Shown here piece by piece: positions 13,049 through 26,708 of a stretch of DNA of 40,488 nucleotides (its first letter is position 1; each line of letters opens with the position of its first letter). The stretch spans positions 1-40,488 of the forward strand of contig MCFE01000742.1 in the NCBI GenBank assembly GCA_002104905.1, written 5' to 3'. The stretch is from Basidiobolus meristosporus CBS 931.73. Lineage: Eukaryota; Fungi; Basidiobolomycota. The position numbers and the translations under genes were made by a program. The notes beneath the pieces were generated by a model. It was given only the letters and a program-made list of their open reading frames with translations, did not search any database and was not told the DNA's origin.

Positions 13049-14437
13049 ATGTCAGCGAATGAAGAATCTTCCCGTCCAACGGTGGCCTTCGCCCCGTATC
13101 CCGCTGAAGGTGCTGGCAACCAAACCTACTCCAACATATACCTCGTAGCGGCCATCGTCGGCATTCCGTTTTCCATCACATACGCCATCGGCTTGGGCAT
13201 CTGGAGCTTTGTCATCCTGACCCTTCTTCTGGCCCTGCCCATCCTTGGAGGCTCCATCTACCTCGGCTCTCACATCTCCTCCCCATGGAAGAACACTGTC
13301 AAGTTGCCTAACCGCAACATCGAGGAATACCTTGACATCAAGGACCCCGGCCTCTCCCACTACAAGGGAAGAAACAAGATCCCCATGGAAACCTTCTTCG
13401 AGAATTACATGAGCGGAAAGATTGACTTGAAGGGAGATGCGTTGGAGATCTTCGAGCAACGCTACGACTGGGCCTCCTTCAAGCTGCAACCGGGACAAGC
13501 AAAGTTCTTCTTCTTCCAGTGGATCCCCGAGCTGATCTGGCATTCCAAGAGCCAAGACGAGGACCAGGTTAGAGACCATTACGATCGCGGGAATGATTTC
13601 TACGAAGCGTTTTTGGGCCCCACCATGGTTTACACCGCCGGTATCATCGGTGATCCCAACAACAGAGAGACTCTGGAGCAACTTCAGGAGAACAAAATGA
13701 AACTGGTCTGCGAGAAGGTCCAGATGAAGCAGGGAGATCGTCACTTGGATATCGGCTGTGGCTGGGGGACTCTGACCGCCTATGCGGCCAAGAACTATGG
13801 CAGCGACTCGACAGGTGTCACTCTGGCCAAGAACCAGACCCAATTTGGAACCAAGCGCTGCGAGGAATACGGGGTTTCCGGTAGCGCACGCATCAAGTGC
13901 ATGGATTATCGCGACATCCCTCGTGACCAGAAATTCAACAAGATCACCTGCCTCGAGATGGCGGAGCACGTTGGGATCCGTCGGTTCCAGGAGTTCTTGT
14001 TGGAGGTGAAGGACATCTTGGAGGACGACGGGCTGTTCTTCATGCAGATCGCGGGGCTTCGGGCCACTTGGCAATATGAAGACTTCATCTGGGGCTTGTT
14101 CATGGCCAAGTATATTTTCCCAGGTGCTGACGCATCCTGCCCCCTCTATTGGGTGGTACGGCAACTGGAAATGGCTGGATTCGAGATCAAGAATGTCGAC
14201 ACGGTTGGTGTCCACTACTCGGCAACCATCGAGCGTTGGTACCGCAACTGGTTGAACAGCAGAGAAAGAATCACCGCGAAGTATGGCGAGCGCTGGTTCC
14301 GCCTGTGGGAAGTGTTCCTCGCCTGGTCCACCATCATCTCGCGCCAAGGTAGCGCCACCTGCTTCCAAATCACCGCGCACAAGAATCGCAACGGATTTGA
14401 TCGTAGCAAGTTGATCACCAAGAGATTGGTCGGATAA
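13049..14437 (+). CDS. MTS1: Sphingolipid C9-methyltransferase (cyclopropane fatty-acid synthase family, SAM-dependent), ~462 aa, no intron needed within the CDS
   Basis: PYPAEGAGN N-terminal motif, two hydrophobic helices, HYDRGNDFY, LDIGCGWG (SAM motif I), ITCLEMAEHVG, KYIFPGADAS. The track start at 12950 is a GTG; the first ATG is at 13049. Confidence 0.88.
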   Translation: MSANEESSRPTVAFAPYPAEGAGNQTYSNIYLVAAIVGIPFSITYAIGLGIWSFVILTLLLALPILGGSIYLGSHISSPWKNTVKLPNRNIEEYLDIKDPGLSHYKGRNKIPMETFFENYMSGKIDLKGDALEIFEQRYDWASFKLQPGQAKFFFFQWIPELIWHSKSQDEDQVRDHYDRGNDFYEAFLGPTMVYTAGIIGDPNNRETLEQLQENKMKLVCEKVQMKQGDRHLDIGCGWGTLTAYAAKNYGSDSTGVTLAKNQTQFGTKRCEEYGVSGSARIKCMDYRDIPRDQKFNKITCLEMAEHVGIRRFQEFLLEVKDILEDDGLFFMQIAGLRATWQYEDFIWGLFMAKYIFPGADASCPLYWVVRQLEMAGFEIKNVDTVGVHYSATIERWYRNWLNSRERITAKYGERWFRLWEVFLAWSTIISRQGSATCFQITAHKNRNGFDRSKLITKRLVG

Positions 14438-15446
14438 TCTGCTAGTTAGGTGAATCCCACGAAGGCTCGTTATCGAGCCCCCTGCTTTTCTTCCAAGTTT
14501 GCTTGATACATACCACGGCTTATAAATAATTCTCAATAAAATGTACTTCGTATTTATGTAATCCGACTTGCCAGACTTCGCGGAAGTAGTAGTATTGGGC
14601 CGGTGGGCACCACATCTCTTTGGCGTGCCTCTGGCTATAAGCGGTAGCTAACTTTGGGGTAGGTGACGCTTAGAGTCGCGAAGGGGTCACCCAAACTGGA
14701 ACCCCGACCCTCAGCTCGCTGCATCAGAGCAAGGAATCCAAACTCCCCCCTCGAATCACATGCGGGGTAGCTGACTCCCGGTCGCACCATGCTCCGACAC
14801 CCAATTTCTTGTTCTGAAAGAATATATCGCCAGTGCTGAGAATATCTGTGCAGGGGTTCGTTGCAGTCGCTGCATCGCACACTCCGACCACCTCTCGGCC
14901 ACCTAATGAGGATCTGCAAATTCTCGTTCATCACAATACACCACCCTCCATCCTCCATCCTCCATGGCAAGAATGAGCTTAGTCAATTAATTGGAGGAGA
15001 TTGAAAATCACATGCAACCCCTCTTTTGAGCTGACTAACCATGGTTGTCTGCTATCCCTTGATTGATAATGGCATTTTATAAGCGCCCACTCACCGTTTC
15101 AATTTCATGTGAAATGCCGGCTGGTCACATGATCCCACGATTCATTGAACATGGGAAATGTGGAATGAGTCGAGTTGATTGGAACATGGGAGTGATATGA
15201 CTGCTTTCAAGGAACCTATGTCTAATTTTGAATCACACATGATACCCCTCCCCAACCAAGTTCAAGTAGCCTGTGACTTGAAGTGGAAGAGGGGATTGTT
15301 TACCAATTCCAAGGATTTCTATTTAACCTTTGCCAGCACTCAGTTACATATTTCCAACCTATCCCCCACTTGCGTTTCCCTCCCCTCGACCCTTTGTAGC
15401 CCCTTCAGCAACTAGACCCTAACCGAACACTCACGACAGCTTTCTC

Positions 15447-17626
15447 ATGTCCACGCACTGCTCAACCTTCTCTAATCAGCATTCCCTTCCCAAGCTTCCA
15501 GTCCCCAGCTTACAACAAACAGCCGAAAGATACCTCCGCTCGCTCGAGCCCTGCGTCTCCGGCGCAGAGCTCGAAAAAAGCAAGGCAGTCGTGAAGGATT
15601 TCCTCAAACCTGGAGGCATGGGTGAAGCACTACAGGAACGTTTGCTGAGGCATGCGGAGACCAGCAAAACCTCTTGGATCGAGGATTGGTGGATTCGTAA
15701 AGCCTACTTGGAATGGAGAGCACCCTTGTTGGTTAACAGCAACTGGTTTTTGCAATTCACAGAAGACATCAACCAGTCCAAGGTCCCAAGAGAGGATCCT
15801 AATGGCGGCTTCACCAAGATCCAGGTGAAGAGAGCGGCCCACCTGATCAACAAATTCCTGGATTACAAGGAGCTGATAGACAGGTATCTTGCCAGCGACC
15901 ATCAACCCGTCCATACGCATTATTCACCTAACCCACTTTTCAGCGAGCGCTTGCCACCTGAGTCGAATCGCTTGGGTAATCTCTGCATGAACCAGTATCG
16001 TTGCATGTTCGGCGTGTGCAGAATCCCCAAGCGTGGATGCGACGAGGTTGTCTATCACCACTCGGAGCACCCGCAGCACATCATCCTCTTGCTCAAGGAT
16101 CAGATCTACGAATTCGCGGTCTTCGATCAATCGAAGAACCGAATCACCGACGGCGATATCGAGAAGTATGCATCCAGGAAGGGGCTGACCAGTGCTGGGA
16201 CTAACGGCTTTTCTCAAGGAAACTCTGGGAGGCGATCGAGGATGTCCAGCGAACCGCAATGCAGCCAAGCGTCGGCGTTCTGACCTCCGATGATCGGGAT
16301 AATTGGGCGGATGTAAGACGATTTCAGATGCGGTTCATCTCCACACCACACCTCTAACCCCGTTCCTCAAGGCGCGTGAGCATCTTCTTTCCATTGATCC
16401 CACGAATCGCGCCTCGTTAGCGCGGATCCAGAGTGCGTTGTTCGCGGTATGCTTGGACGATCGCAACATCAGCAGCGACCTGAACATCGCACATCGGAAC
16501 ACCTTCACTGGCATGGACGGCCACAACAGATGGTTTGACACCTGTATGAGCATCGTTTTGGACCGCAATGGTAATGGCGGTGTGAACGGAGAGGTAAGGT
16601 TCATCGATGTTGCGACGAACGGACCCCGTCTAACAAACATCCCCGCGGGTAGCACTCACCATGCGACGCCCTTATCCCATCACTAGTGATCGAGTATGCC
16701 CTTCAGGATGGGTTGAATCCAAACGCACTCCCCACCGGAGCGGTCGTGGCGGGCCCCAAACTGCTGAAATTCAAAACGGATCCCAAGCTAGATAAAATGA
16801 TCCAGGATGCGCACGCCCGTGCCCAGCAAGTGATCATGGACAGCACCAGCACGATCTTGCAATACAAGGGCTACGGAACCGACTTCATTAAGCAATATGG
16901 TGAGCACACATCCCTTCTACCGCCGTCCCACGCGTCGGACTAATTCGTCTCCAGGCAAAGTGAGCCCCGATGCGTATGTTCAAATGGCAATGCAGGCCGC
17001 ATACTATAGAGCCCACCGGAGTGTTGCGGCCACTTACGAAACCGCCAGCACCCGTATGTTCCTTCATGGCAGAACCGAAACCATTCGTGTCTTGACTAAT
17101 GAAGCCAAGCAATTTGCGCTCAAGATGAACGATCCAAACGCAAGCGTAAGATTCATTGGTTGTTGATTCCCTGACTATGGTGGAAGTATAACGATGCTCT
17201 GTTGACCCACAGGCCCAGGAAAAATTCCAAACCCTCCAACTGGCGAGTCGCAAGCACATAGAAAATCTAAAGCAGTCTTCCATCGGACAGGGGGTCGATC
17301 GACACCTCTTTGGCCTACGAATGGTAATGAAGCCTGGTGAGGGGCATGCGATCTTCTCCGATCCGGCCTTCGGCAAATCCTCAAGATGGCAATTAAGCAC
17401 CAGCTCGTTGTCCGAATCCATCAAACTCTCGGCCACCGGTTTTGGAGCGGTGGACCCTGAAGGATACGGGATCAACTATTTGCCCGGAAAGAAAACGATC
17501 AGGTTTGGAATTGAGGCCAAGGCTAACTCCAATGCTTCCATTCAAAGGTTCTCAGATGCACTAATCCATGTGCTCAATGAAATGGAGGCTGTTTGTAAAG
17601 CAAATACTCCGAAGGCCAAGTTATAA
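15447..17626 (+). CDS. CAT2: Carnitine O-acetyltransferase, 7 exons, ~608 aa, C-terminal PTS1 (AKL)
   Basis: Exons 15447-15883, 15944-16165, 16219-16312, 16372-16593, 16653-16899, 16955-17145, 17213-17626 (GT-AG introns of 53-67 nt, most with a CTAAC/CTAAT branch site) join in frame: LPKLPVP, NRWFD, GE|HSPCD (catalytic His), SPDAYVQMAMQ, TYETASTRMFLHGRTETIR, GVDRHL, GYGINY. Confidence 0.93.
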
Positions 17627-20600
17627 ATAGCCCTAATTTTTTGGCGCTCAATAAACAGGATTTACCACCACTCATCGAAGTTGAATGCGGCAACCCAGCC
17701 TAAATGCGAGCAAGCATGCAAGGTGTTATTGCAATTAGATGGTTCAGCCAAAGTTCTTCTGTTGCTACTTATTGGAATGCTACCTAAGCTATAGTTGTGG
17801 TGTTAAATCTGTTACATTTTGGGAGTAGTTGGCGATCTATCTTTTACAACGGCCCTAGTCGATTGGTGGTGCCACAACAACCTAAGTGTAAGTCATCTGA
17901 TCACGGTTAAAACTAGCTCACAATGTAGTTGGCTGGCACAAAGACCCTTTATATACTTTCGGTGGTTCATTTTCTGTACATTCTGGCTTGTCACTCTCAG
18001 CTGCCATTAATAAACAATAAGAGTTGAAGCAATACACATGGCTCGCCTATTTGTTCGCAAGGTAATACTGGTCTAAAATACACCTTGTATTGAACGGAAT
18101 CTGCTATGATATCAAGTTGAGTAGCAGGCTTTGGATTAATATAGGCCAATTCAGGCTTGTAATGAAAACCATAAGCACCTTATTTGGCATACCCTTACTA
18201 GGATATTTGCCCTCCAGAATTGTGTTCTAACATTACTCTATCCTGTCGTAACTTGGGACTTTGTGATGACTGTGCAATAAAAAGGTACATTGAAGGCACC
18301 ATATTTCGTATTTATGGTGTTGCCTCTAGAGGGTAATCAAATATCTCAGAAACTTTAGCTTGAAGATATTTCGATGTAGTCGCATATGGGTATCTATGAA
18401 TGCCACAAAACGTCTGGAAAAAACATGAAAATATCTGTGCTCGTTCAAGCTTCTCCATCCTATACAAGGCGCAGAACTGCATTGTATCATTAAACAGTTG
18501 GGTATTAATTGAGTCACAGTTACACACAGGATATTATGACTACAATAGTTTTATACCTGTTGCAGGATTCCGGAGAGTATTAGAAGCAACTTGGAGAACT
18601 AGGGGGATAGCATCATTCTCATTGATTGTTTTATTAAGTTTGCAAAAAGTACTAATGCTTTTGTACGTACTTTGTATAATCAATTATTAGAAAGCTTAAG
18701 AAAACACTCCCAGATGGTTGATTACACAGCTTGAAGTCTTTTAGACAAGTTCGTAAGTTTAGAAACTTCCAGGATATTACTGATTGAGAGAATCAGCCAA
18801 TATACTATGGACTAAATGCAAAGTATATACTTCAAGATTTAGAGTAAGCTTCATGGAAACATATCAGAGATGAATAGCATACATGTAAAGCAAATAATTT
18901 CCTTACTGCTAATGATGACCATTTTGTTAGAGTTTAGAGCAATACAGACTATAAACCACATGGAGGCAGCAGGATTTAAAATTTGCATCGGACCAATTGT
19001 GTGTCACTAATGAACCACAGATTTGCCATGTCCACTGGTAAGAATGCTATTTAACACAGAGCCATTGCTGCATACCCTTGAGAAGCACCGGAAATGATCT
19101 AGCATACAAAAAGAATATCATAGCATTAACTGTTGGAAGAGTTTTGGGCATACTGGAAGTGAGCGGGAGAACAGATTGATTATATACCTTTCATGATCTT
19201 GGCAGAACAAGCATATACAGTATGCTGAGGAAGCTCCCAAGAACCTATGTACACAGTTTTTGCTGCTTGTCAATTTTTTATATTCTGGGTACCTGATATC
19301 TGGGTGAAATATTCTGAGTAAACCCCAACAAGAAGTTTGGCTATAGTTCTCTAAGACTTGCAGATAATGATCTAAGTGACTTAGTTGAGTGAATATTTAG
19401 GTGTTAATATGTAATCACAATGCTTGTATTTCAGTGAGTTTTTAAAAAGTACGTATACAGTCAGAGGATCTTTGTCAGATAAGTCAAAGAACTAATCAGA
19501 TGCGTACCTAGGAGGTGTTGTAAGAGTTTTGCGGATACTGGGAGTGACTGGGAGAACAAATATATAATGTGGTTTTCACTTGATGATTTATTGAATGTGA
19601 AAGTGGAACCTATACTTTTATATGGTCTTGGCAAAACAAACACGTATAATATGCTCAAGAATGTCCCAAGAGCAGGTGTGCAAATTTTAGGGGCCTTTGG
19701 ACAACTTGTTGATGTTTCATGTCCTGGGTACCTAATATTTTGGTGACAACATTCGAAGTGAATTCCAACAAGGAAATTGGCCTGAATACTCGAAGACTTG
19801 TAGACTATGATCTGAGTGACCAAGTTAAGTGGATATTTAGGTGTAATTACAAAATTTACAATAGGCAGAATGCAAGGCTTGTGAGGTATATGGATATATA
19901 CTCGAAATTTCGAGTCATTTGGGCAAGCAAGCTATCGTAACTTGCGGAACTTGACTGGTTCAGATAGTTAGCAAGTATCTGACAAATTCAATAGTTGGTA
20001 AACAATTCATGTTTTGACAGCTGGTTAAGCAGACAACATGGATTAACGAATTAGTCTGGTGTCAACCCAGATGAATTTGGCAACAGCAACCATTCTCAAG
20101 TAGGGTACTTTGAAAGCTATATACAAAAGGTGGTGTCATGTAGGCTAGTATGAAGCCATTGGCAACTCTCATGACCTGACTTTTTGCAAGAATTACCTGA
20201 TGACTTGATAACCAGGTCAAATCCTCATATAACTAACGAAAGGTATGCCCTGAGAAACATCACTGGAAGTGAGGCTCAGGATCTGGGGTTACTAAGGCAG
20301 GCTGGCTAACTTGAAAACACCCAGGACTTCGCCCAGAGAATTGGAGAATATCTGTCGAACTAACTCTCAATTGCCAGTGATTTAGCAATCAGCTAAACAA
20401 ACAAAACGCCTAATTCCACAATCAACTGAACAAAGACTTGAAATAGATGAGTGATTTAGGGGTCCAATTAAGCACTTGGTCCCCAATATTGATGAAGACA
20501 CCAATCTACCCACCATTTCTTTGATAGGAATCTCAGGAGTGCGGTTGTTGGGGCCTCAAGGGCATTCTTGTGCTATCTCGTGAATAACTGCCAGAATCCT

Positions 20601-21211
20601 AACCACGTCGGACTTCCGAATCGTCAGCGTGAAGGTCTTGATCATCTCGTGATCTTATTGAGTCCCAAAACTCCTGGCCCATTGAAAATGATCAGCTCCT
20701 CGCCTAATGATTCGTATGATTCATTTTTCTTATTCGTGATCTCACATTCAAGTAGGGCCGGTCCGGTACCAGATATTGGAGTGGTCGGATCGAAAGCACC
20801 TGGCCTACATTGAACCAAGCACAAATTATGCCTTCCAGGGACTACACTTGGTCGTAATCCAACCTGTTGTCGTATGTTCTTCGGTTCGAGTCGAAACCCG
20901 GTGTACCGGCGAACGGCCAGTTCGGCTAGATTCCAATGAGCATTAAGCAATCACTGCTTAAGGGTAGCCAGCGAATAACGTATTGCTATGGTTCGAATCA
21001 GACCCAGGTATGAGGATTTCGAGGGATTTTGGTACGTATACACTTGAACCGTTAAACACACATCGCAATCCCAGAAAATGTGTCCATGAGGGGCTGATAA
21101 ACAAGATGGCATTCATCCAAAATGAACGGTTTATTAAATTATTACTATGAGAGGTTTATGCCGGATGCCAATTATACCCACAGGGTAAACGGGGAATCAA
21201 CTATTTCAGAC

Positions 21212-22521
21212 TTATTGGTAGAGTCCGGAGTCACCGAGGCAGTCAGCAACAGTGGTGATCTTGAACCCAGACTTGATCACAGTATCCAAGATGCTGCCAG
21301 CAACGTTGATGGTGCTGAGTTGGATGTCGTGTTGGAGGGAGATGAAGCGGTCGTTCTTCTTGTCAGCCTTGGCGAGAGTATCCTTGTAAACCTTGAGGGT
21401 CTTCTGAGAGTTCTTGTGTTCCCAGTCAAGGGTGTCGACATTCCAGTTGATGACCTTGTAGCCCAACTCCTTCATGACGGCGAGGGACTTGGTGCTAACC
21501 TCACCGTAGGGTGGGCGCATGTATTGGGGACGCTTGCCAATCACCTTGAAGATGGCATCAGAGGTCTTTTGCATCTCGGAGCGGATCTTGGAATCGGAGG
21601 ACTTGGCAAGGGAGATGTGGGTGTAGGTGTGGGAACCAATGTGGTGGCCTTCATCGTAGGCACGCTTGAGGAATTGGCGACCTTGGGAGGACTCGAGCAC
21701 TGCAGAGAGAGAGAGAGAGAGCGGGGGGGGAGAGAGGTGAATAGTTAGTGTACTGCCTCAGAATTCATCAGGGAAGACTGGTCCCACTACTAAAATGCGA
21801 CCAATCCAACTGGCCAGTGGTACTTACTTTCACCGACAACGAAGAAAGTGACCTTGACGTTTCTGGCCTTCAGGTCATCAAGGAGTCTGCCGGTGTATTC
21901 ACTTGGTCCATCATCGAAAGTAACGGCGAAGGAACCGGCTTTGTTGCAAGTCTCAATGACCTTGCCAGTGGGAACTTTGCCTCCGGGGGTGTTGGTGGGT
22001 TGAGGCTGAGGCTGGCTGCCTTTGCAGTACTCCTCGGTGTTTCCACACCATCCGTACTCGGAGCAGCAGTAGCCGGCTGGGCATTGGACAAAGACGTTGC
22101 CCTTCAATCCACAAGTCCAGTCACTGGAGATGACGGTCTTGGTGGGGTTGGGGCCAGTAGTGGTACTAGGCTTGCTAGTGGGCTTCACAGAAGTGGTGGG
22201 CTTGGCGGTGGTGGTGGGCTTGGAGTTCTTGCATTGGAACAAGCAGTCGGTGACACAGTGCTCCTTGCTGGTTCCACACCTGAAATCGAAAGAATGTTGA
22301 GTATCCTGTTGAGTGTCGGAGCCCTCGACTGAGCGGTGGGCAGTTGGGGATAGGATAGATAGGACTTACCATCCATAGGTTGAGCAACACTCGCCGCTAG
22401 GGCAAGTGACTTTCTCACCATTGATCATCCCGCATCTATCATCCTTGGAAACACGAGCTTGAGTAGCAGTGACCTGGAGGAAGACGGCAATGGAGATAAG
22501 CACAGCTTTAGAGAAATACAT
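21212..22521 (-). CDS. CDA: Secreted chitin deacetylase (signal peptide, CBM18, P/T/K linker, CBM18-like, CE4/NodB domain), copy 1, 363 aa
   Basis: Exons 22521-22370, 22279-21828, 21699-21212 join in frame. CE4 motifs TFDDGP, HTYTH, RPPYG, DTLDW, LQHD; hevein motifs CCSTYGWCG and CCSEYGWCG. Confidence 0.93.
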
Positions 22522-23312
22522 TGTTGAATTGATGGATACTGACTCCCAATCAAGAACGCACTATCCCTTAAATACCCAAGTTCAAAACTTGGCTTCCTCA
22601 AATGGAGCAAAGGGATTCCTACATTATCCCATCAATGTTGCACTGCATTTGTGGCCCTAGATTCCAACAAAACAGATAGCTCCAAGGTAGAATGTACACA
22701 TCGGTTTGGCACCTTGTATGACCATACGTATATGCGAAGTTGAACTGTTCCATATGCGAGTGGGCAAAATAAGCTGATCAGCATTTATTGGATCGATTTC
22801 CATTCCCGGAACCTCGATTCGCCGGTCGAGAGAAATGGGGGCATCTGCGAAATCGTCGATATTTTCGTTCAACGGGCGAATCCCTTTTTTCCATTAAGGT
22901 GGCCGATAGTAGCTATATCAGGATTCTTTGGAAATCTTGGTGGTTAATCGGAATCATTGCGCATGCATGAAGACTTTGTAAAACCCGGTATGAAGCCGGT
23001 CAGTTGTACCTTAGGCCATTCTGACTATTGGTCCATCAGCAGGTAATTTTCCCTCCAACCAAAAAAGACACCATCCCACGTTTGGATGATAGTTTATCCT
23101 GGCAGCGGAAAAATTCTTGGTTGAATATAGAGGCTGATTTCCATCAACAGCTCAATCTTTCAAATCTACCAGTCCTACGTGGGATTCCCACTCGAATGCA
23201 ATCTTGGAACAGCAACCATTTCATGGACGAAAAGGTTTATTAAATTATGATAAATATGACCTCAAAATTCGACGTAAATTACGTTAAGAACAAATTTAGC
23301 TAGACCAGAGTC

Positions 23313-24622
23313 TTATTGGTAAAGACCGGAGTCACCGAGGCAATCAGCAACGGTGGTGATCTTGAACCCAGACTTGATCACAGTATCCAAGATGCTGCCA
23401 GCAACGTTGATGGTGCTGAGTTGGATGTCGTGTTGGAGGGAGATGAAGCGGTCGTTCTTCTTGTCAGCCTTGGCAAGGGTATCCTTGTAAACCTTGAGGG
23501 TCTTCTGAGAGTTCTTGTGTTCCCAGTCAAGGGTGTCGACATTCCAGTTGATGACCTTGTAGCCCAACTCCTTCATGACGGCGAGGGACTTGGTGCTAAC
23601 CTCACCGTAGGGTGGGCGCATGTATTGGGGACGCTTGCCAATCACCTTGAAGATGGCATCAGAGGTCTTTTGCATCTCGGAGCGGATCTTGGAATCGGAG
23701 GACTTGGCAAGGGAGATGTGGGTGTAGGTGTGGGAACCAATGTGGTGGCCTTCATCGTAGGCACGCTTGAGGAATTGGCGACCTTGGGAGGACTCGAGCA
23801 CTGCAGAGAGAGAGAGAGAGAGCGGGGGGGGAGAGAGGTGAATAGTTAGTGTACTGCCTCAGAATTCATCAGGGAAGACTGGTCCCACTACTAAAATGCG
23901 ACCAATCCAACTGGCCAGTGGTACTTACTTTCACCGACAACGAAGAAAGTGACCTTGACGTTTCTGGCCTTCAGGTCATCAAGGAGTCTGCCGGTGTATT
24001 CACTTGGTCCATCATCGAAAGTAACGGCGAAGGAACCGGCTTTGTTGCAAGTCTCAATGACCTTGCCAGTGGGAACTTTGCCTCCGGGGGTGTTGGTGGG
24101 TTGAGGCTGAGGCTGGCTGCCTTTGCAGTACTCCTCGGTGTTTCCACACCATCCGTACTCGGAGCAGCAGTAGCCGGCTGGGCATTGGACAAAGACGTTG
24201 CCCTTCAATCCACAAGTCCAGTCACTGGAGATGACGGTCTTGGTGGGTTTGGGGCCAGTAGTGGTACTAGGCTTGCTAGTAGGCTTCACAGAAGTGGTGG
24301 GCTTGGTGGTGGTGGTGGGCTTGGAGTTCTTGCATTGGAACAAGCAGTCGGTGACACAGTGCTCCTTGCTGGTTCCACACCTGAAATCGAAAGAATGTTG
24401 AGTATCCTGTTGAGTGTCGGAGCCCTCGACTGAGCGGTGGGCAGTTGGGGATAGGATAGATAGGACTTACCATCCATAGGTTGAGCAACACTCGCCGCTA
24501 GGGCAAGTGATTTTCTGTCCATTGATCATCCCGCATCTATCATCCTTGGAAACATGAGCTTGAGTAGCAGTGACCTGGAGGAAGACGGCAATGGAGATAA
24601 GCACAGCTTTAGAGAAATACAT
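23313..24622 (-). CDS. CDA: Secreted chitin deacetylase, copy 2
   Basis: Exons 24622-24471, 24380-23929, 23800-23313; offset 2101 bp from copy 1; same motifs. Confidence 0.93.
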
Positions 24623-25392
24623 TGTTGAGTTGGAGGAGATTACTGAATAACAATGTACGTGCAAGGTGACTTTTATATTTGAAGAAGACAGTTGCTCTAA
24701 GTGTTTGCTAGCTTGAAGTTCAATTAATGTCGTACGGCAGAGAGATTCACTCACTAAACTGAACGATGTAATTACCATCTGTGAGACATTAGATAAATTT
24801 TTGGAATTGTAGAATTGATCCACTTGACCCTGCGTGGAAATTTCGAACACTCCGCGATGACGTAACGGTGCGTGATATCCAATATTTCTCCATCCGTTCC
24901 CTTTCACCTTTTGTTGAACTGAACAATCAAATTTACTGTCGGTTCGTAGATTGGCCAGGCCATGGTAACCTAGGTTTTGTTCAATTCTCCAAGAGAAGAT
25001 TCCTTGGCTTATTCGTTGCGCGTTTTGGACGGAAAAGATGTAGAGTTTCAGATATAGCGATGCGTCATGCAGTGAAGAAATATGCAAGAGGTTATTCAAT
25101 TTAAACTATTAGGCCGGGATTTTCAAGCCATTTGGATGTTGAGTGCCACACCCCGTGCAGCAGGTTGCATTAACATGCTAGAGATTTGGTTCCTGAAAAT
25201 CTTGCAGTATTTAGTAGTATTTTTTGATATACCATCTTAGATTGACAAAATATTCCTATCCATGTTTAAAGTAGGATTTAATGAGCTTAATCATTATTAA
25301 CTGAATCTAATTTATTGCGCTAGTGTGGAAAAAATCAACTAGAATTCAAAAACATTGGTCATGCAAATTGATAATGCTTCTAGAATCCAGAC

Positions 25393-25883
25393 CTATTGGT
25401 AGAGTCCGGAGTCACCAAGGCAGTCAGCAACGGTGGTGATCTTGAACCCAGACTTGATCACAGTATCCAAGATGCTGCCAGCAACGTTGATGGTGCTGAG
25501 TTGGATGTCGTGTTGGAGGGAGATGAAGCGGTCGTTCTTCTTGTCAGCCTTGGCAAGGGTATCCTTGTAAACCTTGAGGGTCTTCTGAGAGTTCTTGTGT
25601 TCCCAGTCAAGGGTGTCGACATTCCAGTTGATGACCTTGTAGCCCAACTCCTTCATGACGGCGAGGGACTTGGTGCTAACCTCACCGTAGGGTGGGCGCA
25701 TGTATTGGGGACGCTTGCCAATCACCTTGAAGATGGCATCAGAGGTCTTTTGCATCTCGGAGCGGATCTTGGAGTCAGAGGACTTGGCAAGGGAGATGTG
25801 GGTGTAGGTGTGGGAACCAATGTGGTGGCCTTCATCGTAGGCACGCTTGAGGAATTGGCGACCTTGGGAGGACTCGAGCACTG

Positions 25884-25917
<34 letters not shown>

Positions 25918-26708
25918 AGAGAGGTGAATAGTTAGTGTACTGCCTCAGAATTCATCAGGGAAGACTGGTCCCACTACTAAAATGCGACCAATCCAACTGG
26001 CCAGTGGTACTTACTTTCACCGACAACGAAGAAAGTGACCTTGACGTTTCTGGCCTTCAGGTCATCAAGGAGTCTGCCGGTGTATTCACTTGGTCCATCA
26101 TCGAAAGTAACGGCGAAGGAACCGGCTTTGTTGCAAGTCTCAATGACCTTGCCAGTGGGAACTTTGCCTCCGGGGGTGTTGGTGGGTTGAGGCTGAGGCT
26201 GGCTGCCTTTGCAGTACTCCTCGGTGTTTCCACACCATCCGTACTCGGAGCAGCAGTAGCCGGCTGGGCATTGGACAAAGACGTTGCCCTTCAATCCACA
26301 AGTCCAGTCACTGGAGATGACGGTCTTGGTGGGGTTGGGGCCAGTAGTGGTACTAGGCTTGCTAGTGGGCTTCACAGAAGTGGTGGGCTTGGTGGTGGTG
26401 GTGGGCTTGGAGTTCTTGCATTGGAACAAGCAGTCGGTGACACAGTGCTCCTTGCTGGTTCCACACCTGAAATCGAAAGAATGTTGAGTATCCTGCTGAG
26501 TGCCGGAGCCCTCCACTGAACGGTGGGCAGTTGGGGATAGGATAGATAGGACTTACCATCCATAGGTTGAGCAACACTCGCCGCTAGGGCAAGTGACTTT
26601 CTCACCATTGATCATCCCGCATCTATCATCCTTGGAAACACGAGCCTGAGTAGCAGTGACCTGGAGGAAGACGGCAATGGAGATAAGCACAGCTTTAGAG
26701 AAATACAT
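25393..26708 (-). CDS. CDA: Secreted chitin deacetylase, copy 3
   Basis: Exons 26708-26557, 26466-26015, 25880-25393; the (GA)n tract in intron 2 is 6 bp longer; TAG stop instead of TAA. Confidence 0.93.

Noticed and set aside
13052-14536. 494-aa antisense ORF over the methyltransferase
   Set aside because: In-register shadow of a codon-biased gene; the product has no recognisable motifs, while the plus strand has every family motif.
19600-19645. ILLYGLGKT, a Walker A look-alike
   Set aside because: Lacks the GxxxxGKT spacing and lies in a short frame within CpG-depleted degenerate DNA.
21122-26608. Plus-strand ORFs (for example 21122-21748, 21748-22332) repeated three times
   Set aside because: Antisense shadows of the chitin deacetylase exons; they recur only because the genes recur.
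21212-26708. Chitin deacetylase triplet as an assembly artefact
   Set aside because: Each copy has unique flanks and its own mosaic set of mostly synonymous variants, which a mis-expanded repeat would not produce.
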